Shown: positions 18,842 to 28,244 of the stretch, one piece after another
Layout: each line of letters begins with the position of its first letter
Numbering within the stretch: the stretch's first letter is position 1
Origin: a virus
Reading direction: 5' to 3' (one strand)
DNA length: 64,000 bases
Virus record (IMG/VR): IMGVR_UViG_3300001336_000010
Coordinates: 11,286-75,285 of that record
Made by a program: the position numbers and the translations under genes
The notes under the pieces: model-generated
The model's input: the letters and a program-made list of their open reading frames with translations, nothing else
Told to the model about the DNA's origin: nothing
Databases searched by the model: none

Positions 18842-19199
18842 CGTCGGACACCCAGATCCAGGCCTGGACATACGCCCCCGGATCTTCGCCCTTGGAGACG
18901 ATGGCCGTGCTATCGATCTCCAGTTCTCCGTCCTTCTGGCGATCCATCGCGGCCTTCACATAGGGATCATCCGAGTTGTCGGGGGGAAAGACGTCATGCT
19001 CCACGACCTGGATGCTATCCATGAAGGATAGGCGGTCGCAGAGATGGTCAAAGCCCTCCCGCCAGTCTTCGGGAGCGGGATCGAACTCGAAATACGAGGA
19101 AACCCACTCGTGGGCCAGTTTGTCGGCCTCGGCCGCAGTGTTCACCACGACCGTGTCGACGCCAGAGTCGTCGTTGTATGTGATGGTCCAGATTTTCAT
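18831..19199 (-). CDS. Hypothetical acidic protein
   Basis: 122-aa ORF ending GAYVQAWIWV. Confidence 0.65.
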   Translation of the reverse strand: MKIWTITYNDDSGVDTVVVNTAAEADKLAHEWVSSYFEFDPAPEDWREGFDHLCDRLSFMDSIQVVEHDVFPPDNSDDPYVKAAMDRQKDGELEIDSTAIVSKGEDPGAYVQAWIWVSDDEL

Positions 19200-19438
19200 G
19201 CCATGATACTCCCGGCTGCGCGGGCTGCATCAGCGTAGACTGACAGAGGATGCTCAGCAGTGAACCAGCGGTCGCACAGCCCGAACAGGATGTCGGGGTC
19301 TTCGGGGTCCATTTCAGTGATGAGCCAGGTGGCTGCGCCCCAAGGACAGAAGATCTTCAGGACTGGTTTGTAGTCCTCGCCGGGGGTGGCACCATTCTTG
19401 AGCAGCTGGCGCTCGATTTCCTTGGTGATCAGTTTCAT
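19196..19438 (-). CDS. DUF2958-like protein with apparent internal deletion
   Basis: PVLKIFCPWGAATWLITEMDP..DILFGLCD joined directly to RWFTAEHPLSVYA. Confidence 0.7.
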   Translation of the reverse strand: MKLITKEIERQLLKNGATPGEDYKPVLKIFCPWGAATWLITEMDPEDPDILFGLCDRWFTAEHPLSVYADAARAAGSIMA

Positions 19439-19497
19439 GCTATCCTCCTTCGGATACGGGTTGAATTGGTAGCAAACGTCAGCGAACCGGTTGGGCA

Positions 19498-19749
19498 TCA
19501 GGAGTATTCGAGCTCCTCGATGAAGTGTTCGAGACGGTTGATCGTTTCTTCCCCAAGCCAGGAGACCGCCTCGTCCCTGCGTAGCTTGAGACCGTTCAGG
19601 GTCAGGTGATCGAACTGAGCCGTCACCTGGATCCCTGCGGGCGCGAAGGGCTCCGCGGGGAAGCGTTCGACATCCAGTTCGAAACTGGCTGGAACCCCCT
19701 CGAGGTAGCCGTGTGGGGTGTCGATTTCGACTTCTGCTTCATACTGCAT
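19498..19749 (-). CDS. Hypothetical protein
   Basis: 83-aa ORF in early operon. Confidence 0.6.
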   Translation of the reverse strand: MQYEAEVEIDTPHGYLEGVPASFELDVERFPAEPFAPAGIQVTAQFDHLTLNGLKLRRDEAVSWLGEETINRLEHFIEELEYS

Positions 19750-20074
19750 AGCTGAATAGCTCCCATGTCAGATTGTGGCCGGCCGCAGTCTTGAGCCGCA
19801 GTAGGCGGGTCAGAAACTCGTCCGACTTGAAGTTGACGCTGATCTCGACGCCGGTGACGTCGCAGGGTTCGACCCCCACCATGGTGTGGCCGGAACTCGC
19901 CTGCCCGAAATCTCCGAACTCCCCGGTCACACGGATCGGTTTGCCCGCCAGGGCTTTGATCGGGATCAGGGTTTCCAACCCCTCCTGGTTCAGGATCGAA
20001 ACCGAGTGCTGGTTGGCCCCAGCCGCAGTGACGCCGTAGAAAGTCCCCAAGGGGACGTCGATGTTGCGTTTCAT
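19739..20074 (-). CDS. Hypothetical protein
   Basis: 111-aa ORF with overlaps. Confidence 0.6.
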   Translation of the reverse strand: MKRNIDVPLGTFYGVTAAGANQHSVSILNQEGLETLIPIKALAGKPIRVTGEFGDFGQASSGHTMVGVEPCDVTGVEISVNFKSDEFLTRLLRLKTAAGHNLTWELFSYAV

Positions 20075-20730
20075 GTCAGATGTCCCTTGTTGATGGAGGT
20101 CAGGTATTCCCTAACCATGTCGTGCGGGACGCCCTCCATCATTGGCCTGGAGATCACATCCTCCCAACAGGTTGGGGTATGCTGATCCAGGAGCATTTCA
20201 ACGATCTCCTCGACCTCTTCTGGCGACCAGGGGTCATCGAGATCCGGCATCGGAGGGATCTCGCTGATAGGCGGGGGCTTATGCTCCCCCGTCACCTCAC
20301 GGATTTCAAAATGCAGCGGGTTCACACAAAGCGGAGTGCCGCAGTGGTTGGCCATTTTGAATTCATAGGACGGTTTGTAGAGCAATAAGAAGAGAACGCG
20401 ATGAACAGGGGTCTGTTTTTTCTGCCAGTTGATGACCCCGTATTGCCTTTCGTTGAAGACTTGGGTCACTCGGAGCCCTTGCTTTCGGCAGTTGATTGAC
20501 TTGACCCTGCCATTCGAGGTTCTGGCCATTTTGGCCCCTGTCCAGGGGAGGCAGTCCATCGTCAGATCCTCATGGGGCACCTCCCCCAGGAGGATCTTCT
20601 CCAGGAGGGGGTAGTTGGTCTTCTCGGCCAGTCGTTTGAACAAGGTTTCACGGCGCATCTTCAAGGTTCTCCCACAAGGCAATTTCGGCTGGGTCTGTCG
20701 GGCCGATCCAGTCACTAGCATGAGGCTCAA
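20071..20730 (-). CDS. HNH/His-Cys-like domain protein (degenerate)
   Basis: CLPWTGA..YGVI..VHRV..HCGTPLCVNPLH; start may be 20658. Confidence 0.6.
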   Translation of the reverse strand: MSLMLVTGSARQTQPKLPCGRTLKMRRETLFKRLAEKTNYPLLEKILLGEVPHEDLTMDCLPWTGAKMARTSNGRVKSINCRKQGLRVTQVFNERQYGVINWQKKQTPVHRVLFLLLYKPSYEFKMANHCGTPLCVNPLHFEIREVTGEHKPPPISEIPPMPDLDDPWSPEEVEEIVEMLLDQHTPTCWEDVISRPMMEGVPHDMVREYLTSINKGHLT

Positions 20731-21080
20731 CCCCCCACCGTTTCTGCGAAGACCGCCCCAGGGTAGGCTTCTTCGAGGGTTCGGTGAACTTCCTCAACCT
20801 CGGCCCAGGTCAGGTCTTCCCATTCCTGGAATGGATCCTCGCCGTCGGGGCGCAGAACCACGTCGAAGTGGGTGATTTCTTCACCGACTTGCGCCGCAGT
20901 GTCGCCGTTCATGGCGAAGGTCTCAACCATAAGTTGTTTGCCGAATGCATCGGCCAGCCGGGCCATCTTGCGCATCTCGGCCCGGGCTTGAACCACGCCT
21001 TCGGCGTTGCCCTTGGTCAGCAGGGCTTCAATGACGCTGCACATATCCTCCCAATTGGGCTTGATGTTGATCGTTTTCAT
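20727..21080 (-). CDS. Hypothetical protein
   Basis: 117-aa ORF with RBS. Confidence 0.6.
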   Translation of the reverse strand: MKTINIKPNWEDMCSVIEALLTKGNAEGVVQARAEMRKMARLADAFGKQLMVETFAMNGDTAAQVGEEITHFDVVLRPDGEDPFQEWEDLTWAEVEEVHRTLEEAYPGAVFAETVGG

Positions 21081-21244
21081 GTTTGGATTCCTTCGATTTG
21101 AAACTCACTGTTGTCGACTTCGGTCAGATCGAAGTCTTCAGGGTCGCCATTCTCGATTTGAGCGATGGCATCCTCTGCCGTCTCGGCTTGCACGACGCAG
21201 AGGTAGTAGACGGTCTGAGACCGGGTGAGATTGAAGTCCTTCAT
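21077..21244 (-). CDS. Small acidic hypothetical protein (not in ORF track)
   Basis: MKDFNLTRSQTVYYLCVVQAETAEDAIAQIENG...; fills gap with ATGA overlaps on both sides. Confidence 0.6.
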   Translation of the reverse strand: MKDFNLTRSQTVYYLCVVQAETAEDAIAQIENGDPEDFDLTEVDNSEFQIEGIQT

Positions 21245-21639
21245 GGAGACACCCTCGCGCTGTCGGGCCCCAGACTGACGCTCACCGGCTCATCCTCGCC
21301 CGGGGCGTAACAGTGGACGCGGACCTCGCCGTTCTCGACCTCGATCCAGATCGAGGCCCCGGTTTCGAAAAGGAGATCAACGCGGATGGCCTCTTGCTCG
21401 ATCAAGTATTCGACTGAGGTTCCGTCTTCAGGATCCCAAGACTCGAGGGTTTGCGGGGCCAGTTCGAAATGATCAACGGTGCCTGCAATGAGTTCGGAAA
21501 GATCATCTCCAACCAGAGCCCACTCGTGGTCGTCATTCACGACCTGGAATTCGCCGGGGGACTCAGGGTTGACCTTGGGATCCCGTGGCCCAATTTTGAA
21601 GCCATTATTGTGCAACAGAATTTTGTTCATGTCTGGCAT
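21241..21639 (-). CDS. Hypothetical protein
   Basis: 132-aa acidic ORF. Confidence 0.6.
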   Translation of the reverse strand: MPDMNKILLHNNGFKIGPRDPKVNPESPGEFQVVNDDHEWALVGDDLSELIAGTVDHFELAPQTLESWDPEDGTSVEYLIEQEAIRVDLLFETGASIWIEVENGEVRVHCYAPGEDEPVSVSLGPDSARVSP

Positions 21640-22079
21640 TTGATTGCCGCTCCTATCAGTTTTTCCTGAACGCCGGCATAGCGCTTGCGCAGTGCCCGCT
21701 GGATGTGTCGGTTGAGGTGAAGCCAGCGTTTCGGGTCCAGATTGTCCCGCTGATCGGCCAGCTTCACCTTGATGGCGCGAATGTTTCCAGACGCGCAGAT
21801 CCGGTCTACATATTCCGCATAGGTCATCTCCTTCTTGTTGTGGGTGAGCAGGGCGACGGTCTCGACCACCTCGGGGGGATAGAGAACCGCCAGATCGTCC
21901 AGGGTCACGTCGGTGTCCTCGACGATGTCGTGTAGCCAGGCTGCATGCTGGGTGGCCTCGTCCTCGTCCTTGAGAAAGGAGGCGACCCGCATCATGTGGT
22001 CAGCCATCGGCACACCACCGCGGTCCTCCTGGCCCGCGAATTTCTCGCGGACCAGGGCTTCGGTTTCATGCAGGTTCAT
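21627..22079 (-). CDS. HD-domain hydrolase (SpoT/MESH1-like)
   Basis: GQEDRGGVP..DH..RVA, AAWLHDIVEDT, VALLTH, VKLAD..DN. Confidence 0.82.
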   Translation of the reverse strand: MNLHETEALVREKFAGQEDRGGVPMADHMMRVASFLKDEDEATQHAAWLHDIVEDTDVTLDDLAVLYPPEVVETVALLTHNKKEMTYAEYVDRICASGNIRAIKVKLADQRDNLDPKRWLHLNRHIQRALRKRYAGVQEKLIGAAIKCQT

Positions 22080-22641
22080 TTTCGAGATCCAGGAATTCTT
22101 CGCTGGTTGGCAGGTTGTCGAGGAGGTAGGTGGCGACCAGAGAGACCGGACGATAATACTCGGCGCTCGGGTCGTCCATTTCAGCGAAACGGCCAGTGCA
22201 GCCTTCAGTGCGGAAGCCGCTGTAGACCTCGAACGTGTTTGCATCGAGATCAATCACATAGGCCCATTCACAGAACATGCCTTCGGCAGCGAAATCGAGA
22301 CTGTCTTTCAGTGCCAGTCCCCCGTTGTCGAGGACCAGCTGGAGGACACCAGCGCCGGTGCTGCGGTGCAGCTCCGGGAATTTTTCGTCGAACCTGTCGG
22401 AGATAGCCATTGTGGCCCAACCACTGTCATCCGCCCCGACTTCCTGCCAGCGGTCCCAGATCTCTTCCTCCGAGAGGAAGCTGCAATTCCCGACAGCGGC
22501 TTTGAACCGATCCAGCGGCGTCTTCCGCAGAAAGTTCAGTGCGGTCAGGCCCTGGCCACCTGGGTAGCCGTCCCACTGGCAGTATTGCGCGACTTTGTGT
22601 TCGCCGTTCAGATAGACGGCGGTCAGATTACGGGTTCCCAT
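22066..22641 (-). CDS. Conserved phage hypothetical protein
   Basis: MGTRNLTAV..KVAQYCQWDGYP..G, FCEWAYVIDLD. Confidence 0.7.
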   Translation of the reverse strand: MGTRNLTAVYLNGEHKVAQYCQWDGYPGGQGLTALNFLRKTPLDRFKAAVGNCSFLSEEEIWDRWQEVGADDSGWATMAISDRFDEKFPELHRSTGAGVLQLVLDNGGLALKDSLDFAAEGMFCEWAYVIDLDANTFEVYSGFRTEGCTGRFAEMDDPSAEYYRPVSLVATYLLDNLPTSEEFLDLENEPA

Positions 22642-22799
22642 CAGATGGTCTCCTTGTAGATTTCGTGGCAGAATTGGTTGTCGGTGTGGTCCGAGATCAG
22701 ATCTTCGCCGTCATTGACCGAGATGGTCAGCCCGCGGCTCAGGATGGCGTCGATCAGCTTGTTGACGATCCGGGTTTCAGTGGGGGAGAGATATCTCAT
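22641..22799 (-). CDS. Short hypothetical protein, probably internally deleted
   Basis: IVNKLIDAILSRGLTISVNDGE joined to DLISDHTDN. Confidence 0.5.
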   Translation of the reverse strand: MRYLSPTETRIVNKLIDAILSRGLTISVNDGEDLISDHTDNQFCHEIYKETI

Positions 22800-23194
22800 A
22801 TGATCTCGAGCCCCCGGAGGTAGCTGGTGTCGATCCACTTCTGCCAGCGGTCGGCGGTGTCAAAACCGTGGCGGGCTTCGTCCATCGTGAGCAGAAGGCC
22901 TTCTTCGTCCCGACAGTATCGGGCATACTGTCCCGTTTCTGCGTTGTAGAGCTCGAAGCCTGCGTTGTAAGCGTCCCCTGCTTCATAGGTCCAGATGAAC
23001 GAGAGTTTGTTCGCCTTCAGAAGGTTGTAGACATCATGGTCGAGCTCCCCGTAATTGACCTCGTCGAAGGTCATGAAACCTTCAACCATGGTCTCTGGTC
23101 CCATGATCTCCTTGATCTGGGAGAGCAGTGCCTCCCAGTGTGGCTTCTGGACCCGCCCGATTACGGACAGTGTGCAGTATGTGCGGTCACCCAT
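22796..23194 (-). CDS. Hypothetical protein
   Basis: ATG 23194 after GGAGGAT RBS. Confidence 0.65.
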   Translation of the reverse strand: MGDRTYCTLSVIGRVQKPHWEALLSQIKEIMGPETMVEGFMTFDEVNYGELDHDVYNLLKANKLSFIWTYEAGDAYNAGFELYNAETGQYARYCRDEEGLLLTMDEARHGFDTADRWQKWIDTSYLRGLEII

Positions 23195-23263
23195 GTGATC
23201 CTCCATTGGATTTGGTCCAGCCACCGAGGTGTGGCGGCTGGATGGTGTCATGCGGGTCGTCCG

Positions 23264-23602
23264 TCACAGCGGAACGGTGCCCACCTTGCGAAGCGGGGTT
23301 TTCAAGACCAGCGGGTCGTTGCATTTGGTGTCGACTTCGTTCACCCGATAGAGGGTCGTCCCGCCGACCAGGATGTCTCCGACCTCGACGGACCCCTGGT
23401 CCACCTCGATGTGGTATCTCCGGCTCTCAGCCGCGCCGATCGCGATCGTGTAGGGAACCACTTCTTCGAGGGTCGCTGGGTCAAAGGCTTTGACGCCACC
23501 CCCGCCCTTGAGCTCGAGGACCAGCCAGTTGCGGCTGTCCTTGGCCAGCAATGTGCCGTACTGATCGTCCTTGGTTTTGTAGATGGGCTTCGCTTTTGTC
23601 AT
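23264..23602 (-). CDS. Hypothetical protein
   Basis: ATG 23602 after AAGGAG; C-terminal part of ORF 23264..23863. Confidence 0.65.
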   Translation of the reverse strand: MTKAKPIYKTKDDQYGTLLAKDSRNWLVLELKGGGGVKAFDPATLEEVVPYTIAIGAAESRRYHIEVDQGSVEVGDILVGGTTLYRVNEVDTKCNDPLVLKTPLRKVGTVPL

Positions 23603-23739
23603 GGACTTCTCCTTCTCTGTCTTGACAAGTTCAAAATGTGCTGCAGCGCGGTTGATGCAGCTGTGATGGGTCTTGATGTAATGGGTGGTGATCGTGTGAG
23701 GTTTCACCCAGACCACCCTCTGGTGAGCGAAGCCGGAAC

Positions 23740-23950
23740 GCAGCATGTCATCGGCCTCGGCAAAAGCTGGTAATCCCGAGAACCAGATCCGCGGGTCACC
23801 TTGCTTGGTCTTCGGCCTGTAGAGCGAGACCCGCGACACCGTGGCCCGATCCACGTCGACCAATCTCGCGTCCAGTTGCTCCCCGTGTTCGCTGGCGCCC
23901 AGACCTTGGCCATCGTAGTCGTGAAGTCCATGATCGCGAAGGTAGTTTCT
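23740..23950 (-). pseudogene. Fragment resembling the N-terminal region of MvaI/BcnI-family restriction endonucleases
   Basis: RNYLRDHGLHDY..QG..SLYRPKTKQGDPRIWFSGL..A..DDML, no start, directly after MTase stop. Confidence 0.6.
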
Positions 23951-25377
23951 TAATTGAGTGCGTTATCCAAGATATTGCGGAAGTGTCGACCGACTGCTTC
24001 GGCTAAACCGACGGGTACCGCGTTTCCAATCTGCGTGTACTTTGGAACTTCCCGGTCGAACAACCCCTCAAGGGGGTTGCCAGCCCGCCGCAGGCCACCA
24101 GTGGTGCGTTTACCCTTAAATTGGTACCAGTCAGGGAATAGCTGCAAGCGAGCCCATTCGCGAACCGTCAGGACCCGTGGCTGACTAAAATGGACGTAAT
24201 CGTCTGGGAGAGACGTCGCAGTGATATTCGGCGAGTGGTTGCCCCAGCGGGCACGCAACACTCTCTGATAAAACTTCTTGGTCTTGAATTGTTCGGGGAT
24301 CTCACCGTCGTTGATCAGCATGTGCGAGAATTTCTCGACAACGGCCAATTTGTGCTTGCTGTACTCCTGATCCGTCAGGACGACCTTCATGTCAGGCGCC
24401 CACTCCGGGGGACGTCGCAGGGTCTCGGCGACGCCGGGTTTCGGTTTGCGGGGGTACTTTGTGGTTTCGAAGACTCCTTTTTGGAAGTCTTGCGAACGCA
24501 GGATCTCTTCGACGCGATCGTCAACGAGGTCTCCCAAGAGATCAACCAAGTCGGGATAGGGGCGCTCTCCTGCTGCTGGAAGGAAGCGGCACTTCACGGC
24601 ATCCTCGGGATGTGCATTCGGGTCGAGGAGATCCGAGGAGGAGACGATATCCTTCCGAATCCCGACCAACAGGACTCGCGGTCGATTCTGCGGAACGCCG
24701 TAATCTTTCGCGTAGACGAGCTTCCAGCGTACCTCGTACCCGGGGATCGACTTGAACTCCGCGAACACGTCCGGCCAGATCGGCTCGCCACCCTCCTTTG
24801 TCCACTTCGCATTCAAGAGACCGCGCACGTTCTCGAACAGGAAAACCCTCGGACGAAGGCGGCGAATGATTTCAGCCATCCTTTGGTACAACTGGTTCGA
24901 CGGGATCTCCCTACGATCTACTGCGTATGAACGCCGTATCCCGATCCCGGAATATCCCTGGCAGGGTGGGCCGCCGGTTAGCACGTCTAGGGAGCTTCCA
25001 CCCCCGGCTTTCGTGCTCACGGTGTCGAATTTCAGACCGATCTCGCCGAGGTTGGCGAGGTCGGCCACGAGTTGTTCAAGGCGTTTTCCCTGCAGTTCGT
25101 GCGCGTCGTTGCACCTAAGCGAGGCATTCGCGGAAAATTTTTGTCCCCCGAGTTCGTGCTGCCGGTTCGCGAGGTATGTGGCCATCGCATGTTCGTTCAG
25201 CTCGTTCACGAAGGCGGGGGTGAAACCTGCATTTTCGAAGCCTAGCGACAGCCCGCCACAGCCCGCAAAAAGGTCGACCATGCCATACACGCGAGACTTG
25301 GAGCGGACGCTCTTCGCGTTGGACGCCCCGTGTTGTTCTGTCGTGTCGTGCGTGGCCGGAATTTGCAGCATGCTCAC
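23950..25377 (-). CDS. DNA (cytosine-5) methyltransferase
   Basis: DLFAGCGG, GGPPCQGYS, FENVRG, YGVPQNRPR, LTVREWARLQ.FPD, QIGNAVP. Confidence 0.96.
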   Translation of the reverse strand: MSMLQIPATHDTTEQHGASNAKSVRSKSRVYGMVDLFAGCGGLSLGFENAGFTPAFVNELNEHAMATYLANRQHELGGQKFSANASLRCNDAHELQGKRLEQLVADLANLGEIGLKFDTVSTKAGGGSSLDVLTGGPPCQGYSGIGIRRSYAVDRREIPSNQLYQRMAEIIRRLRPRVFLFENVRGLLNAKWTKEGGEPIWPDVFAEFKSIPGYEVRWKLVYAKDYGVPQNRPRVLLVGIRKDIVSSSDLLDPNAHPEDAVKCRFLPAAGERPYPDLVDLLGDLVDDRVEEILRSQDFQKGVFETTKYPRKPKPGVAETLRRPPEWAPDMKVVLTDQEYSKHKLAVVEKFSHMLINDGEIPEQFKTKKFYQRVLRARWGNHSPNITATSLPDDYVHFSQPRVLTVREWARLQLFPDWYQFKGKRTTGGLRRAGNPLEGLFDREVPKYTQIGNAVPVGLAEAVGRHFRNILDNALN

Positions 25378-25482
25378 CTCAGGTTTTTAGTGCCGTTTGC
25401 TTCGTGGCACCGATAGCATATGTGGCGGGTGCTGTCCAGGCGAAAACCGGATATAGTGCCCATCGATCGCGCGCCCGTTGGC

Positions 25483-26034
25483 TCATGGCACGGGCGCCAC
25501 CTGATCATTCGACGACCTCCACGAAGCCACCGAATGACTGCGTTTGAACGTGTCCATCTGCGCCTCCTGGATAGATGCCAGGATTTCGGTAGGCACCTCT
25601 GGTTGGACCTTCTCGGTCGCCAGAGCATTCATCCACAGCAGTGGATAGTGGTTCTCTTCGAGATACTCGCTGCCACGACACTTCGGGCACCAACCACCAG
25701 TCTGGTCCATGTGGCCACAGTAGCCGCACTTGAAGAACTGCCGGCGATACTCGTTCAGCTCTTCGAGGTTGATGATGTAATGGCCCCAACGACAACGGCG
25801 GTTGATCGACATGTAGTCGGCCCAGTCATGGATCCGGACGCCACAGGTCGTGTTGACCTGGTCATCGAACAAGTGCTGGGGATCGACTTCGAACTCGTGC
25901 GTCCCGGGCTGGTGGAACCCACCGCCCCCATTGCCCCAGACATTGAAGTGCTCGTGAGCAGTGTCGAAAAGATGTCTCGGGTAGTCCGGGTCATCGACTG
26001 TAACTGGGCCGTAGCCCACGACTTGGATTTTCAT
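25483..26034 (-). CDS. Zinc-ribbon-containing hypothetical protein
   Basis: CGYCG..WCPKCRGS; RBS present; C-terminus may be cut by MTase insertion. Confidence 0.65.
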   Translation of the reverse strand: MKIQVVGYGPVTVDDPDYPRHLFDTAHEHFNVWGNGGGGFHQPGTHEFEVDPQHLFDDQVNTTCGVRIHDWADYMSINRRCRWGHYIINLEELNEYRRQFFKCGYCGHMDQTGGWCPKCRGSEYLEENHYPLLWMNALATEKVQPEVPTEILASIQEAQMDTFKRSHSVASWRSSNDQVAPVP

Positions 26035-26103
26035 GCTATCCTCCTACGGATACTTTGGACCTAGCAGTGGCTCGAAAGTCCTGCTAGGTCCGATTTCGGG
26101 AAA

Positions 26104-26507
26104 TCACCAAGAGGAATCGTATTCGAAATCCCACTTGTTTACGGGGAAGAGCTCCAGCACCCGGTCGATCTCGCTGACCGTGTATTCCAGGTCTTTGAGA
26201 TACCACTCGTCGTATTCGGTGGCGCCAAAGAAGAACCCCGACTGGGTCGGGAGGGTCTCTGCGGCCGTCTCTGGGTTGTCCAGAACCCCTTGGCAGACGT
26301 TGCGCAGCTGGGTGAGCTGCTCCCGGCTGACCTGGTGGGGACGATGTCCACGAACCACTTGTGGATGGCGTTGGCCTTGCGCCAGTAGATCGCCTCGCAC
26401 GCGATCGAGGTGATCTTGGCCCCGGCCGGGATCAGATCCGGCAGTTGGGGTTGGTGTTCGTCGAACCAGATGATCCGGTTCGCTTTGAGAAACATGTCAA
26501 GTCCCAT
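26104..26507 (-). pseudogene. Conserved phage protein split by a frameshifting deletion near 26345
   Basis: MGLDMFL..YWRKANAIHKWFVD in one frame, LPTQSGFFFGATEYDEWY..FEYDSSW in another. Confidence 0.75.
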
Positions 26508-26539
26508 TTGATCCTCCTACGGATTTCAGATTTCAGATT

Positions 26540-26764
26540 TCAGGCGTTCTGCAGTTTCTCCAGAACGATTTGCAGGTCTGTGATCCCGAGCTTGATGCGC
26601 TGGATCGCAGTATCCCGGTCGAAGCATTCCTCATCGTCGGAAAGCTCGGCCAGGACGAACGAGAGCAGGGCATCCCCGTGCTTGTCGTCGTAGCGATATT
26701 CGGGGATGTCCGAGAACTCACCGAAGGCATAGACCTTCAGGGCTTCCTTCTGGAACTGGTTCAT
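26540..26764 (-). CDS. Hypothetical protein
   Basis: 74-aa ORF, TGATG overlap with ligase. Confidence 0.6.
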   Translation of the reverse strand: MNQFQKEALKVYAFGEFSDIPEYRYDDKHGDALLSFVLAELSDDEECFDRDTAIQRIKLGITDLQIVLEKLQNA

Positions 26765-27819
26765 CAGTCGCTCCTCTTCTGGTCAAAGCCCCAATCGACG
26801 ACGACCGGGAAGCGTGGGATCCCGTCCGGGGTCGGGGTGAAGTAGCGGACCGTGGCCCAGACGGGCAGGGGCCCTTCCAGCAGTGCCTTCATCGCCGGCT
26901 GCGTGCCACGCACCCCCGCGCCGAAGACCCGGCCGTCAGGGAGGCTGACGCGGAACCTCTTGGCGAAACCCGACCAGTTGCCGACCCCTTCTTCGACGGC
27001 CACGACCGAGAATTCATCCGAAAGGAATTCCTTGCGCTTCAGGAGCGTCTTGGACCGCTTGCCAGGTTCATATGGCCTGTCGGCCCGGATCATCTGACCT
27101 TCGTAGCCCTCGTCCAGCCATTCGGCATACAAGGCGTCCAGTGTGTCGATGCCGGTGAAGTAGTGTGTGCTGACCTGGTGAACCCCCTGGATACCGCGGA
27201 GCAGCTGCAGTCGATCTTCAAAATTTAAACTCGTGTCGACCAGGTCATAGACGTGGTATTGCACCAGTGCTTCGGCCTCGGCCGTGGCCTTGTCCTTGCG
27301 GACGAGGCTGGTGATCTGGTTGAAATCGTCCTTCAGCTCGTGGTTGTAGAGCTCCCCATCCAGGATCAGGTGCGGCTTGTCCTCGAACAAGCGCGTCAGC
27401 CTGGAGCGGATGTGGGTCAGGGACCTGATCGGCTTTCCAGTGCGGGTCCACAGCCCATCGGCCCGGGCGATGCACCGGATGCCGTCCAGCTTGGGCTGGG
27501 CATACCCTTGGGTGATCGACCCGTCCCAGGTCTTGGCCAGCATCGGCTTGGTGAAGTGGACCTTGTCGATATTCCCGATGTCGTAGAAATAACCCTGGTC
27601 CAGCTTTTTGCGATACTCGGCATTGACCTCGAGCTTCGCTTGCTGCTCGGGGCTGGTCTCGTTGCTCCGTCCGACGTTCTTGGGCCAGGCCTTGGTCCAG
27701 CCAGAGGTGGTAAGTTTGCCGCCTCGCCGGCCCGAGATGCTACGGTAGCGGTCACCGTCGAGTTCCATGGACCACTGGCGGATTTCGCCGGTGGTGTCGC
27801 GCTTGTAGAGCGTCATCAT
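26764..27819 (-). CDS. ATP-dependent DNA ligase
   Basis: QPKLDGIRC, LDGELY, YHVYDL, GYEGQMIR, LLKRK, GIPRFP. Confidence 0.93.
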   Translation of the reverse strand: MMTLYKRDTTGEIRQWSMELDGDRYRSISGRRGGKLTTSGWTKAWPKNVGRSNETSPEQQAKLEVNAEYRKKLDQGYFYDIGNIDKVHFTKPMLAKTWDGSITQGYAQPKLDGIRCIARADGLWTRTGKPIRSLTHIRSRLTRLFEDKPHLILDGELYNHELKDDFNQITSLVRKDKATAEAEALVQYHVYDLVDTSLNFEDRLQLLRGIQGVHQVSTHYFTGIDTLDALYAEWLDEGYEGQMIRADRPYEPGKRSKTLLKRKEFLSDEFSVVAVEEGVGNWSGFAKRFRVSLPDGRVFGAGVRGTQPAMKALLEGPLPVWATVRYFTPTPDGIPRFPVVVDWGFDQKRSD

Positions 27820-28244
27820 TTCTGCAGTTTCCTTGCGATGGTCGAAGCCAGGCTGTAGCTGTCGTTCTGGTTCGGGATGGAGTTCAGGAGGTTCAGTGCG
27901 GACTGCAGCAGCTCGGTTTCAGTCGGCAGGAAGTCGAGCTTCTTGCACATCTCGCGCCAGTCCGGTTTCAGATCGGGGTCGGCGTGGATGAATGCCTTCG
28001 CGGTGTCCCAGATCACGCAGTTTTCCATGAACCATGGGACGAATTCCCAGTCGAAGGCGTAGCCATCCATCCGGTCGCCCTTGTTGGCGATATGGTAGCC
28101 CTCGCTGATCTTGGGGCCGAGCGACACGCAACACAGACGGGCGTTTCCCGTGCCGCCAAGGAGTTCGAAATCATACCCGGACTCGAGCATATGCTCCCAG
28201 GCACACAGGGAAGCCTCAACGTGCGTGGCATAGTAGAACTTCAT
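27816..28244 (-). CDS. Hypothetical protein
   Basis: 142-aa ORF with 4-bp overlaps. Confidence 0.65.
   Translation of the reverse strand: MKFYYATHVEASLCAWEHMLESGYDFELLGGTGNARLCCVSLGPKISEGYHIANKGDRMDGYAFDWEFVPWFMENCVIWDTAKAFIHADPDLKPDWREMCKKLDFLPTETELLQSALNLLNSIPNQNDSYSLASTIARKLQK

Noticed and set aside
26523-26543. (ATTTCAG)x3 microsatellite
   Set aside because: Too short to interpret; overlaps a stop codon and RBS hairpin
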